Origin: Phoronis australis
Taxonomy: Eukaryota > Animalia > Phoronida
Assembly (NCBI GenBank): GCA_002633005.1
Contig: NMRA01000193.1
Location: forward strand, 666,071 to 730,070
DNA length: 64,000 nucleotides
Direction of reading: 5' to 3'
The notes beneath the pieces are model-generated. The model did not search any database, was not told where the DNA came from, and saw only the letters and a program-made list of their open reading frames with translations. Position 1 is the stretch's first letter. The number at the start of each line of letters is the position of its first letter. Below are positions 63,848-64,000 of the stretch, piece by piece. The position numbers were made by a program, and so were the translations under genes.

Positions 63848-64000
63848 GTCTTTAATAACTTCACTCCTGACACCAAAATGGAAACGCCCAACCAAAGCCA
63901 AGAGCGCAGAAAATCAACTTGTCATTAACGCAAGTCAAACATTCTGTCCACGCTCTCCACCCCTATTACCTAAAAGTGGTATCGTCCGATTTGCTGGGCA

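Overview
This is animal nuclear DNA: AT-rich, spliced genes, an assembly gap at 16423-16475. It is most likely from a marine invertebrate, which is an inference from the gene and transposon families. Two host genes are supported, both on the minus strand. The first is a GRL101-type group C LGR receptor. Two visible exons (47282-46321 and 33234-30855) splice in frame across a 13.1 kb intron and encode 1.5 C-type-lectin-like domains, about 7 LDLa modules, LRRs and a rhodopsin-class 7TM; its 5' exons were not found. The second is a multi-pass membrane protein of an uncharacterised family (main exon 57975-57152, candidate first exon 63847-63670). Most of the rest is decayed, often nested mobile DNA. 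A Penelope-like element with inverted terminal repeats and degenerate hammerheads is split by a MULE-like insertion. An RTE LINE sits inside a repeat whose empty copy is also in the window. There is a tandem array of Helentron-like units, a HERO-type RLE retrotransposon split by a Sola3 element, and a Kolobok element carrying an Academ element. Gypsy, CR1/L2, I-clade and MITE remnants are scattered throughout. The three most interesting signals are a non-circularly permuted hammerhead-like motif in the HERO 3' UTR, a 51-bp-period array of palindromes with an internally inverted block, and the lectin-LDLa-LRR-GPCR architecture. All family assignments are by motif recognition; no database searches were run.
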